From Deltaproteobacteria bacterium (GTDB lineage: Bacteria > Desulfobacterota > Desulfobacteria > Desulfobacterales > C00003060), in the NCBI GenBank assembly GCA_030592345.1, contig JAUVJO010000001.1, positions 1-53,925 of the forward strand: a stretch of DNA of 53,925 nucleotides, given 5' to 3'. Every line of letters starts with the position of its first letter. The first letter of the stretch is position 1. The position numbers were made by a program, and so were the translations under genes. Shown here piece after piece: positions 18,931-28,098 of this stretch. The notes below the pieces were generated by a model. It was not told the origin of the DNA. It saw only the letters and a program-made list of their open reading frames with translations, and ran no database searches.

Positions 18931-19036
18931 TATAGGCTTTAAGATAAAGATTTTGGAAAGGCCAGAGGAAGGAAGGCGTACTCGTCGTACGTTGACGACC
19001 GATAACGCATCCAAAATCTTTATCTTAAAGCCTATA
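18931..19036 (+). repeat. nested-palindrome element, copy A1 (106 bp)
   Basis: Perfect 26-bp terminal inverted repeats: tataggctttaagataaagattttgg (18931-18956) and its reverse complement (19011-19036). The core contains aaggccagagg, the hairpin gcgtac-tcgtc-gtacgt, and cgaccgataacg. Confidence 0.9.
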
Positions 19037-19126
19037 ATCCACGAACGACAGCAAGTGGCACAAGCGAGAAATGTGATCTTCCTGCCCCTCTCGCCAGGTC
19101 GTTAAGTTATTGTAAGAGGCAATCGA

Positions 19127-20380
19127 ATGCCAGAAAACGCCATTGAGCTGCACAATGTCTCCAAGCGATTCAAATTATATCACAATTCCATCAGTGGTCC
19201 TGTTAAAGAATTGCTCTTTTTTTGGAAGAGTCATAATTATTACCAGGAATTTCTAGCCGTTAAGGGTGTGTCTCTCACTATAGAAAAAGGGGAGACTGTT
19301 GGAATCATTGGCCCCAACGGCGCTGGCAAAACTACTTTATTAAAGATGATAGCGGGGTTGCTCGCAGTCGACGAAGGTAAGGTCATCGTCAATGGTAAAA
19401 TTACAGCGTTACTTGCCTTAGGCATCGGTGTCCATCCTGAATTCACCGGCAGGGAAAATATCTATTATGGCGGGATGTTGATCGGAATGTCGAGGGAGGA
19501 GGTGCTACTAAAAACCCCGAATATTATTGAGTTTGCCGAGCTGGGAGATTTTATCGATCGCCCCTTTCGTACGTATTCATCCGGAATGAAGGCCCGACTG
19601 CTTTTTGCCATTTCCATGAGTATCGATCCTGACATATTAATCGTGGACGAAGCACTGGCTAGCGGAGATACATACTTTGTGAACAAATGTTCACAACGTA
19701 TTCGAGAAATCTGTAAAAGCGGAGCGACGATTATATTTGTTTCCCATAACTTGACACAAATTGAACAACTCTGCCAGAGAGCTTTCTTTATGGCAGAAGG
19801 ACAGATGTTAAACGACGGGCATCCGTCAAAGATCGTAACACAGTATCATCGCTGGGTTTTTGATAAGGACGCACAAGCACCACTCATTACAGAGCAGCCG
19901 GAACTAGAATCCATCAGCGGTACAAAAGACGTTATCATTACTGACATTAAACTGAAAAGCGCTAACGGCCGCGAAAGCACAGGTTTCTTCACAGGCGAAA
20001 ACATGTGTATGGAAATTTACTACAATGCAACCGCACATGCGACAAACGAGAAAATTAATCTATTTATTGGATTCAAACTCTGCAATAGTGGTCAGTATGT
20101 TGGAGAAATCCAAACAAGATACAACGTCGATAGTCTAATGTCACAAGCAAAGCAGGTAGTTTTGGATGTCTATCAAAAGGGCATGATAGAAATAACTTTT
20201 AATCCCTTGCTATTGCTCAATAATCATTACGCGTTGTGGATCATAATTGAAAGCCACGATGTCGTGCGCTATTGCGAATATACAAATGTTTCCCCCTTCT
20301 TCGTTTCCAGGAGAGATCGTTCCATTGCACGCGGTCCAATATTTTTGCAACCCGCTAAGATCGCAACCAAAAAGCAGTGA
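19127..20380 (+). CDS. wzt: polysaccharide export ABC transporter ATP-binding protein with C-terminal extension
   Basis: Walker A GPNGAGKTT, signature YSSGMKARL and Walker B ILIVDE are present. About 170 aa lie beyond the NBD, as in Wzt proteins carrying a glycan-terminus-binding domain. Confidence 0.9.
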   Translation: MPENAIELHNVSKRFKLYHNSISGPVKELLFFWKSHNYYQEFLAVKGVSLTIEKGETVGIIGPNGAGKTTLLKMIAGLLAVDEGKVIVNGKITALLALGIGVHPEFTGRENIYYGGMLIGMSREEVLLKTPNIIEFAELGDFIDRPFRTYSSGMKARLLFAISMSIDPDILIVDEALASGDTYFVNKCSQRIREICKSGATIIFVSHNLTQIEQLCQRAFFMAEGQMLNDGHPSKIVTQYHRWVFDKDAQAPLITEQPELESISGTKDVIITDIKLKSANGRESTGFFTGENMCMEIYYNATAHATNEKINLFIGFKLCNSGQYVGEIQTRYNVDSLMSQAKQVVLDVYQKGMIEITFNPLLLLNNHYALWIIIESHDVVRYCEYTNVSPFFVSRRDRSIARGPIFLQPAKIATKKQ

Positions 20381-20441
20381 GAATCATAAGATTCATCTGC
20401 AGAATCGTATCCACAAAATTTATATGTAGTGTAACGCTTCC

Positions 20442-21404
20442 ATGAACCAAGTTACGGTAATAGCTGTCTTGGGGTTAAGCTATTGTGGTAGCACCTTGCT
20501 TAACTTCATGCTTGACTCGCATCCTGATATTTACGGGGGAGGTGAATTACTCTGGCTTCTGCGGAAAAAATACGGGGATGGAGCCACTAACGTACAATGC
20601 ACGCATTGTCATGAACATTGTTCTTTCTGGACACCTGAAGCTCTTTCAGAAGTTTGTGAATCACGTTTTTACGATTATATTGGTGGCTTATTTAACGTAA
20701 GAGTTCTTGTCGATACATCCAAAAACCCAAGTTGGTTTGAAAATATCAGAAAACATCCATCTAACCGAGAGGCTCACTTTGTATATGTGATCCTTACTAA
20801 GCATCCCATACGTCATATAGCTTCCTTTTTTACAAATACACTGTACAGGAAAAGTGACGACTACCTCCTCAATGCTCTAGCCAGACTCTTTTCATATCAA
20901 CTACCCCTCAGCAGCAAAGGTCGTTCCCAAGCTAAGATGTTTATCGATAAGAGGTTGAAAAAACGCTTCCTGTCATCGATTATCAGGCTGATCTACGGCT
21001 ATTATTACAATCTTTTCATGAATATAGCTAGGACTTCAGGGGGAAGTCCGGTCCAGGTAATACAGTATGAAAATCTCGTTGCCTGTCCGGAAGTAACACT
21101 ATCTCCCGTACTTGAACTTTGTGGCTTGGAATATGTATCATCAATGCAACAGTGCTTCAAATATCCACATCATCAAATCGGAGGCAATGCCGGCCCAATC
21201 TACCAGGCTTCACATTCACGTATATGGGGAGACGCAGACGATCCCGGAAACGCTTTACGCAAGAAACAGTACGATCTGCATAGCGGTATTTTTCTTGATA
21301 ATAAGTACCAAAAACTTTTTGACTCTCATGAGATACGTTGGTTAAGTAGCATTAAATCTGTCTCCAGCCTTTGCAAAATGCTTGGATATAATACCCTTCC
21401 TTAG
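20442..21404 (+). CDS. sulfotransferase-family protein
   Basis: The 5'-PSB-like GLSYCGSTLLNFMLDSHPDI, the 3'-PB-like VILTKHPIRHIASF and YENLVACPEVTLSPVLELCGLEY are present. There is a Cys/His-rich insert CTHCHEHC. Confidence 0.6.
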   Translation: MNQVTVIAVLGLSYCGSTLLNFMLDSHPDIYGGGELLWLLRKKYGDGATNVQCTHCHEHCSFWTPEALSEVCESRFYDYIGGLFNVRVLVDTSKNPSWFENIRKHPSNREAHFVYVILTKHPIRHIASFFTNTLYRKSDDYLLNALARLFSYQLPLSSKGRSQAKMFIDKRLKKRFLSSIIRLIYGYYYNLFMNIARTSGGSPVQVIQYENLVACPEVTLSPVLELCGLEYVSSMQQCFKYPHHQIGGNAGPIYQASHSRIWGDADDPGNALRKKQYDLHSGIFLDNKYQKLFDSHEIRWLSSIKSVSSLCKMLGYNTLP

Positions 21405-21702
21405 ATTCACCATCCTCGTGCTGATGGTAAAGGCTTCCTTGCTCTATTTCGTAAACACCCAAGTCGCAGCCATTCCCGACGGTTTTATCAAGTCGGGTAT
21501 CCAAAATATCAGACTTTCCCAGCCTGATTTGTGTGGCTTAAAACTCTTCCCGGCTTCCTCAGATTACTTTTATCCTAATGACATCTGTAACCGCTAATAC
21601 TCCTGAACTTGGTCGTTCCAAGCGGTATATGCACACAAAAAGTTTTTGGGACCGTAGCACGCTCATAAAAATTCCTAAAAAATCCATGGATATTATAGCA
21701 CA

Positions 21703-22995
21703 ATGAAGCCAAAAATCGCGTTCTATGGAAATAATCTGAACTTCGGTTACTTTTTTGTAAAGCATTTCACAGAGTTTGGTTTGCAGGCCAAACTTTTTTT
21801 GATTGAATATCCCTGCGCCCAGGAACTTCATGAGTGGTGGACCGACAAGGAGGTTGACACAAATATTGTACGAATTGTGAACTCTACTGGTTTCAAATGT
21901 GGCGGCAGGAAAAGACTACGAAACATACCTGAAATCAGGCAACTCTATGAAGAGGTGAAAGCCTTTGACGTTATTATGATGATGGAAGACGGCCCTGCGC
22001 TATTTAGTGAGTTGGAGGGTGTCAAAAAAGTCTTTCTGTCAGCGGGAGCTGATCTTCAAATATTCCCCTTTTTATTGAGAGTTTGCTACTCACCTAAAGA
22101 TGTGCTCAAGAAGCTCATGTCCAACTTAGGCCTAGTCCTGCTGGGCAATATGAAGGCAATGTTCAACAGTTATTCCTATATCTGTGAAATTCTCAGTAAC
22201 TTCCGTTTTCAGTCCAGGCAAAGAAAGGGTCTCCATCAATCTGACGCGCTCATTTGTGCTCCCCATCAGAAAGTTTTGATTGATCAGCTCAACCTTTGTC
22301 ATAACAAAATTCATTATTTGACCGCGCCGATGGACACCTCTATTCTAGCCGAAATATATCAAGATATGGTTTGCCTTCTCGAAAAGAAATATGCTGACCT
22401 TGATATATTATTCTTCCATCCTACCCGACAATTTTACCTCAAGGAATATAACGATAAGTTTATGAAGGACAACGATAAATTACTCTATGCCTATGCCCGC
22501 TTTTTGAAAAACACAACCAGAAGAGTCAGGCTCATCTTGATCCTCAAGGGACGAGAAAAAGATATTGCCCATAGCCAGCGATTAATCAGGCAAATGAATC
22601 TCGAAGACTATGTGGAATGGTTGCCCGAGATGCCCAATAAAAAATTGAGAGCTTATTATTCTCTCGAAAAGGTGGTCGTATGTGACCAGTACAGCCCTAA
22701 TTTGGCGACCTTAGGAAATATTGGGCGGGAAGCCACTTTCTATGGCAAGATCCTTATTACTGCTTTTGCTGATTGGAACAAGGCTTATTATGGCCAAGAC
22801 TTACCTCCAAATGTTTTCCCAGCGCATACTATTGATAACATTTTCTCTGCCATGAAAAAAGTGACTTCTTTAAGCCGGGAAGAAATTGAAAAATTACGTT
22901 ATGCGGCCATTCTGTGGTTTCACCGAAACCTGGCCAAAGAAACCTTGCTCCCCAAATATATCGACTTGATATTAACCCTACTAAGGAGCACCTGA
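21703..22995 (+). CDS. putative GT-B fold glycosyltransferase
   Basis: The C-terminal half (ILILKGREKD...NLEDYVEWLPEMPNKKLRAYYS...IGREATFYGKILIT) resembles the GT1/GT4 donor-binding domain. Weak call. Confidence 0.4.
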   Translation: MKPKIAFYGNNLNFGYFFVKHFTEFGLQAKLFLIEYPCAQELHEWWTDKEVDTNIVRIVNSTGFKCGGRKRLRNIPEIRQLYEEVKAFDVIMMMEDGPALFSELEGVKKVFLSAGADLQIFPFLLRVCYSPKDVLKKLMSNLGLVLLGNMKAMFNSYSYICEILSNFRFQSRQRKGLHQSDALICAPHQKVLIDQLNLCHNKIHYLTAPMDTSILAEIYQDMVCLLEKKYADLDILFFHPTRQFYLKEYNDKFMKDNDKLLYAYARFLKNTTRRVRLILILKGREKDIAHSQRLIRQMNLEDYVEWLPEMPNKKLRAYYSLEKVVVCDQYSPNLATLGNIGREATFYGKILITAFADWNKAYYGQDLPPNVFPAHTIDNIFSAMKKVTSLSREEIEKLRYAAILWFHRNLAKETLLPKYIDLILTLLRST

Positions 22996-22997
22996 TA

Positions 22998-23765
22998 ATG
23001 TCTGCCCTAATGGAAGAACCGTATCAGATCTATCAGGGGATACCTTGCTATTTGGAGAATATTCCCCAAAGCCCTTATCGCGATTCTACAAACTTGAAGC
23101 TTTATAAAAATAGATTTCATACCCATATTCAGAAAACTTATATTTATGAAAAAATGTTGCTGCCCAATGCAAAAAGTGCAGCCAACATTCTCTCGGTTGG
23201 CGAAGGGACCGGTGAAGTCATTGCTTCATTGGCAGCAAAATATCCCGAACTCAATTTTTTTGCCTTTGATTACGCACCAGAGCGCGTTATCATAGCTTAT
23301 AAATTGATGAATTACCTGCGACTAACCAATGTCAAGCTTTACATCGGCTCAGTTGAATGGATTCCATTTCCAAAAAACTTCTTCTCCGCAGTAATAGAGA
23401 GAGGAGTATTTCATATCTTGCCAAAAGAGGTTAAATTAAAGAATTTAGCTGAGATCGAAAGGGTGTGCGACGGGCAGGTCGTTATGAGTCATATGACTAA
23501 CGCGAATATGTATATAATCGTTCGATGGTTGCAGAGTAAATATTACAATAATCAAAAGATCTGGGATGACGCTATCGCTACTTACCGAAACATTGATAAA
23601 GAGTGTAACAATCTGACCAAGATGGCCAAATTTGTGCAGGCAAAAACAAGGCACTCAGTTAAAACAATTTATAACTTCAAGCAAAATCGCGAAATTTCAT
23701 ATTCAACAAACCACCTCACCTTTTTTCAATACTTAGGAGGGCTGACCTATTCGACCCGTCATTAA
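22998..23765 (+). CDS. class I SAM-dependent methyltransferase
   Basis: Motif I ILSVGEGTGEVIASLA and AFDYAPERV are present. ATG 22998 has an AGGAG upstream and follows the upstream TGA by 2 nt. The track start is 22914. Confidence 0.7.
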   Translation: MSALMEEPYQIYQGIPCYLENIPQSPYRDSTNLKLYKNRFHTHIQKTYIYEKMLLPNAKSAANILSVGEGTGEVIASLAAKYPELNFFAFDYAPERVIIAYKLMNYLRLTNVKLYIGSVEWIPFPKNFFSAVIERGVFHILPKEVKLKNLAEIERVCDGQVVMSHMTNANMYIIVRWLQSKYYNNQKIWDDAIATYRNIDKECNNLTKMAKFVQAKTRHSVKTIYNFKQNREISYSTNHLTFFQYLGGLTYSTRH

Positions 23766-23823
23766 CCTTATTATACCGAAGACATTATCTAAAGAACTGA
23801 CTCTTACATTACATAATTTGTCG

Positions 23824-25110
23824 ATGCTTTTTCAGGCGGACTTAAATGTTAATATCCAGTATCAACGTGATATTGTAAGTTTAATTTATAAATCGGCAGA
23901 AATTGAACTTATCTCACCTGATCTATTTGAGTGGAGAAATATGCCGCTCCAAATAGTTAAATGGCGTGGAATACTTTTGCCACAGGTCCGTGAAATCAAT
24001 TGTAAATATCCTGATGTACTTGGTCTTCTCTTCTATCTATCTCATGATATTGAGGAACTCAGGCAAGAAGCACTTTATCCCCATGAGCGTTATGATATCA
24101 AGAGATCTTCCTTGCGAGGTGTTTATCATTCCAATTATGTGGACCAACTAATTGCTGTATTGAAGAAAGAGCTAGGTTTATCTACTGCAAATGATTGTGG
24201 TGTCATCCTGACACATGATTTGGACTTCTTGTCAGTAATTGATGTAACGCGATTAGTTTTAATCAAAACGACAGCAAGAGATATGATCGAAAGTCGGCCA
24301 ACTAGAGCCAAAATAGGTTTGTTAATATACCTTGGCGCATTACTGTTGCGCCCTTGGCGATTTATGGAAAACTTTGAATTCTTGGAATGGGCCAAGGAAG
24401 AGAAAAAACTCGGTTTTCGTAGTGTTTTTTTCGTATTCGCACATGATCGAAGAAAAAATTTTCCTGGTGACGCTTGGTATAACTACAACTACAGAGATCG
24501 CAAATTTCCGTTTAGAACTTTGAGAAGATCATTAAAAGCACTGTTGAACCAGGGATTCATCATAGGACCTCATTTTTCTCGTTCTTCCAATTACGAAAAG
24601 GAAGAGATATTAAGGGAGTACAGATCAATCAACCGAGAATTGGATTTTAATGCATATGTAACAAGGAATCATTGGCTATGGATCAAGTATTCAAATTGGT
24701 ATGACTACCTAAAAGAACTCGGCGTAGAATTTGATTTTAATAATTGCGCGATAGGGTATTCAAAAGGAACATCGTACCCATTACTGACCCGGAATTATTC
24801 AACCATGACCTTTCCTACGACGTATTTGGACGATGTCGTATTGAAAACGAAGAATTTATACCTCAATGAGCTGAATGCTCTCAATCTTTTAAAATGTCAG
24901 TTAGATAATCTGCAGAATCTCGGTGGGTGTATTGCTATTTCATTTCACCCTGCCGAAGACGGCCCCACAGGTACATATCAGGTAAAGAACAAATTGGAAT
25001 TTTATAAATCAATATTGATACTGCTACGTCATAGAGGTATACCTGTATATACTCCTAACGAAGCCAAACGTGTCTTTACTCGAAAGGTGATATTTAATTG
25101 TGCTCTTTAG
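23824..25110 (+). CDS. hypothetical protein, deacetylase-like (paralogous pattern to 12395..13303)
   Basis: VILTHDLDFLS, IIGPHFSRSS, VTRNHWLW and AISFHPAED occur in the same order as the motifs of 12395..13303. AT-rich gene. Confidence 0.35.
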   Translation: MLFQADLNVNIQYQRDIVSLIYKSAEIELISPDLFEWRNMPLQIVKWRGILLPQVREINCKYPDVLGLLFYLSHDIEELRQEALYPHERYDIKRSSLRGVYHSNYVDQLIAVLKKELGLSTANDCGVILTHDLDFLSVIDVTRLVLIKTTARDMIESRPTRAKIGLLIYLGALLLRPWRFMENFEFLEWAKEEKKLGFRSVFFVFAHDRRKNFPGDAWYNYNYRDRKFPFRTLRRSLKALLNQGFIIGPHFSRSSNYEKEEILREYRSINRELDFNAYVTRNHWLWIKYSNWYDYLKELGVEFDFNNCAIGYSKGTSYPLLTRNYSTMTFPTTYLDDVVLKTKNLYLNELNALNLLKCQLDNLQNLGGCIAISFHPAEDGPTGTYQVKNKLEFYKSILILLRHRGIPVYTPNEAKRVFTRKVIFNCAL

Positions 25111-25298
25111 TTCTACTTCGTAGATTCTGCTGAAAATCTGTTTTGAAGCTTTTTACACATACTCTTTATTTATTCATTCTGCGAAATGGCTTTTTCTGAT
25201 TCTTAAGTCAGATATGCGCAGCCCTTTTTTCATCCCTCATGACTGGAGCGGGAATTACTGTTTGACGACTAACAACAATTCAACGGCCAATACTTCAA

Positions 25299-26672
25299 AT
25301 GATCAATAGCCGTTGTGGGCCAGTTTGTCGCCATGACAAAATGAGTGAATCAGTTTCAAAATCAGCAATAAAATCAACTCGTGTTCTTTTCCTGGCATGG
25401 GGATTTTCTATTCATGCAAAAAGACGCATTCAGCTTTTTGTTGATGACCCGCATTTCGCAGTCGCCGTTGTCTCAACGCATAATTACAATTTTGAAGATG
25501 CCAAGAATTTCTTGCTGACCGGGAAGAAAGTCGAAAAGCAAACAGATGGGTCTTTTATTTCTCGAAAAGAGCCGCTGCTGGTAAAGGGGCAAGTTGCTGG
25601 TATTCGAGGAAGCCTTCGTAAAATCCTTGATAAGTTAGAACCGCGGCCCAAGGATTTCAAAGTGATTCAACAGCTTTTGTCCACTCTAGGGATTTGTTCT
25701 GAAGTGGGTAAAGCAATTAAGGATTTTCAAATACTCAAATCGGCTGTTGAGGACTTCAATCCTGATGTCGTTTTTTTACAGACCCTCTTTTATCCATGTT
25801 ATCTTGCCTATTTTCTGCCCCAATCAGTTCCCATAATTGTTACCTTTTGGAATGGTGATGTTACTTGGTGGGCCAAATGGACCGGGGTTGAGCGTTTGAT
25901 GAAAAAGCAGTTGGTTAGGCATGGCGTTCACCGAGCAACAGCCATAACAGTTAACTCCCAAAAGGCGCTTGATGCGTGTCTTCGCTACGGCGTGCAAGCC
26001 GAGAAAATTAATCTCATCCGCTATCCTGGTGTAGAACTTAAACGTTTTAAGCCTTTGCCAAAGATGGAGGCAAGGAAAGTCCTCGCAATTGCCTCTCGCA
26101 AAGTGGTCCTCTGCCCACGCGGTCTAGGAGGGTATCTGAACAGCGATATTATTGTTGCGTCGGCCCCCAGCGTGGTAAAACAATACCCTGACACCCTTTT
26201 TCTTTTCATATCGGATGTTGGGGGTGAATCAGAATTGAGAAAACACTACGAAATGGCCCTTGAACTCGGAATAGAGGAAAATGTCAGATGGGAGGGACAT
26301 GTCTCATGGGACACAATGCCAACATACTATGCTTCGTCCGACGTGATGGTTTCCCTTTCGTCAAACGATTCACTGCCCAACTGCATGCTTGAGGCTATGG
26401 CATGTGGGGTCCCGGTAATTATGGGCGATATTCCGCAAATACGCGAGTGGATTCTGGATGGCGTTAACGGCTTTCTTGTGCCCCCCCGAAGCCCGGTTGC
26501 TTTGTCAGAAAAGATCATAGAAGTGTTTGAGGGTTTCAATTGGAATGTTAAAGCCCTTGCTGAAGGAAACCGTGAACGTGTTGGTCATGAAGTCGATAGT
26601 GTAAAAAATGCCAGGCAAGTTAAGAATTTGGTACGTTGGGTTGCAGGATATCAGAACGGTTTAATCGAATAA
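25299..26672 (+). CDS. glycosyltransferase family 4 (GT-B)
   Basis: PNCMLEAMACGVPVIMGDIPQIREWILDGVNGFLVPP is the E-x7-E region. An alternative start is ATG 25341. Confidence 0.85.
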   Translation: MINSRCGPVCRHDKMSESVSKSAIKSTRVLFLAWGFSIHAKRRIQLFVDDPHFAVAVVSTHNYNFEDAKNFLLTGKKVEKQTDGSFISRKEPLLVKGQVAGIRGSLRKILDKLEPRPKDFKVIQQLLSTLGICSEVGKAIKDFQILKSAVEDFNPDVVFLQTLFYPCYLAYFLPQSVPIIVTFWNGDVTWWAKWTGVERLMKKQLVRHGVHRATAITVNSQKALDACLRYGVQAEKINLIRYPGVELKRFKPLPKMEARKVLAIASRKVVLCPRGLGGYLNSDIIVASAPSVVKQYPDTLFLFISDVGGESELRKHYEMALELGIEENVRWEGHVSWDTMPTYYASSDVMVSLSSNDSLPNCMLEAMACGVPVIMGDIPQIREWILDGVNGFLVPPRSPVALSEKIIEVFEGFNWNVKALAEGNRERVGHEVDSVKNARQVKNLVRWVAGYQNGLIE

Positions 26673-26819
26673 TTTTTCAGTCAGCAAGGAAAAACCATCC
26701 GCGACTACAAACGGTCCACTTCAGCGAATGCACAACGAATGCTCTCGCGCGGATAATTGCTGGAATTATTGCCGTATACCAGACGGGCTGGGCATCTGGC
26801 ATGTGTCCTTTAATCCAAT

Positions 26820-26925
26820 AATAGGCTTTAAGATAAAGATTTGGGATGCGTTATCGGTCGTCAACGTACGACGAGTACGCCTTCCTCCCTCTAGCCTTCC
26901 CAAAATCTTTATCTTAAAGCCTATA
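26820..26925 (-). repeat. nested-palindrome element, copy A2 (106 bp, inverted relative to A1)
   Basis: Position-by-position comparison with the reverse complement of A1 gives 5 differences in 106 nt. Confidence 0.9.
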
Positions 26926-26988
26926 GCGAGCTTGAGCTTTTATCGCTAGTGAAACATCAAACATCTAAATCCAAGAGGAGGATACTCA

Positions 26989-27921
26989 ATGACGAAAATA
27001 CTGGTTACCGGCAGTTACGGGACACTTGGGCGGCCATTGGTGCGCGAACTACGCCGACGTGGACATGAAGTGTGGGGGTGTGACTTGCAACATCAAGCCG
27101 ACCAAAATTACATCCGGGCAGATATTGCTTCCTACCGCCAGATAGAGCGAGTCTTTGAGCAAGACTACGACTACGTCTACCACCTGGCCGCTGAGTTTGG
27201 CCGAATCAATGGTGAGGAATACTTCGACACGCTCTGGCACACGAACGTGATCGGCACACGCAACATATTGGAGATACAACGTCAACGTGGTTTCAAACTG
27301 GTCTTTGCCAGTTCGTCCGAAATCTACGGGGACAAACATTGTGAGACCCTCACCGAAGACATAACGCTCCAGGAATCGATCATTCAACAGAATGATTACG
27401 CCATGACGAAATGGGTCAACGAAATTCAATGCCTGAACCTTGCAAAACGGTTTGGCCTGCCAATCGTCCGCCTCCGCTTCTTCAACGCCTATGGGCCGGG
27501 CGAGTCCTATCACAACTATAGAAGCGTGGTTTGCCTGTTCTGCTATCGCGCGCTCCATGGGCTGGCCTACACAGTATACAAAAACTACCACCGCGTCTTC
27601 ATGTATATTGACGATTTCACCCCTACACTTGCCAATGTTATCGAGAACTTCTGTCCTGGCGAGGTGTACAACATCGGGGGCCTGGAATATCGTAGCGTTG
27701 AAGATCTCAGCAACATTATTCTCAACCACCTTGGGCTCAATGATTCACTCCTAACGTACTTGCCTGAAGATGTCCACAATGTCCAGAATAAGCGCCCAGA
27801 TATCTCGCGCGCAGAGAAAGCCTTTGGTCACAATCCGAAGGTGGTGCTAGAAGATGGGGTCATACGAACTATCGAATGGATGAGGCAAATATATGCTGAC
27901 ACTGTGAAATATCCGAGGTAA
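26989..27921 (+). CDS. NAD-dependent epimerase/dehydratase (extended SDR)
   Basis: MTKILVTGSYGTLGRPL, SSSEIYG and YAMTK (YxxxK) are present. An AGGAGGA RBS lies upstream. Confidence 0.85.
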   Translation: MTKILVTGSYGTLGRPLVRELRRRGHEVWGCDLQHQADQNYIRADIASYRQIERVFEQDYDYVYHLAAEFGRINGEEYFDTLWHTNVIGTRNILEIQRQRGFKLVFASSSEIYGDKHCETLTEDITLQESIIQQNDYAMTKWVNEIQCLNLAKRFGLPIVRLRFFNAYGPGESYHNYRSVVCLFCYRALHGLAYTVYKNYHRVFMYIDDFTPTLANVIENFCPGEVYNIGGLEYRSVEDLSNIILNHLGLNDSLLTYLPEDVHNVQNKRPDISRAEKAFGHNPKVVLEDGVIRTIEWMRQIYADTVKYPR

Positions 27922-28098
27922 GGAAATCAATCGACTTCTGCCCGATCAAATCGCCGACACACTCTGTCATTTGGTATTCGCATTTGTTTGCGGCATACGC
28001 CTTGAAAACAGTACGGATTTGCAGCTCACGCCTTGAGAACATCACGATATTCGGATGTTGCCTGAACACGATTTTCCGTTCAGGCACTCGGTAAGAAC

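Noticed and set aside
21355-21540. Minus-strand reading ...GVYEIEQGSLYHQHEDGESKEGYY with a cupin-like G..HxH...E pattern in the 300-nt gap after the sulfotransferase gene
   Set aside because: It has no start codon and only about 60 codons are open. Motif spacing deviates from the cupin consensus, and the ORF overlaps the sulfotransferase 3' end.
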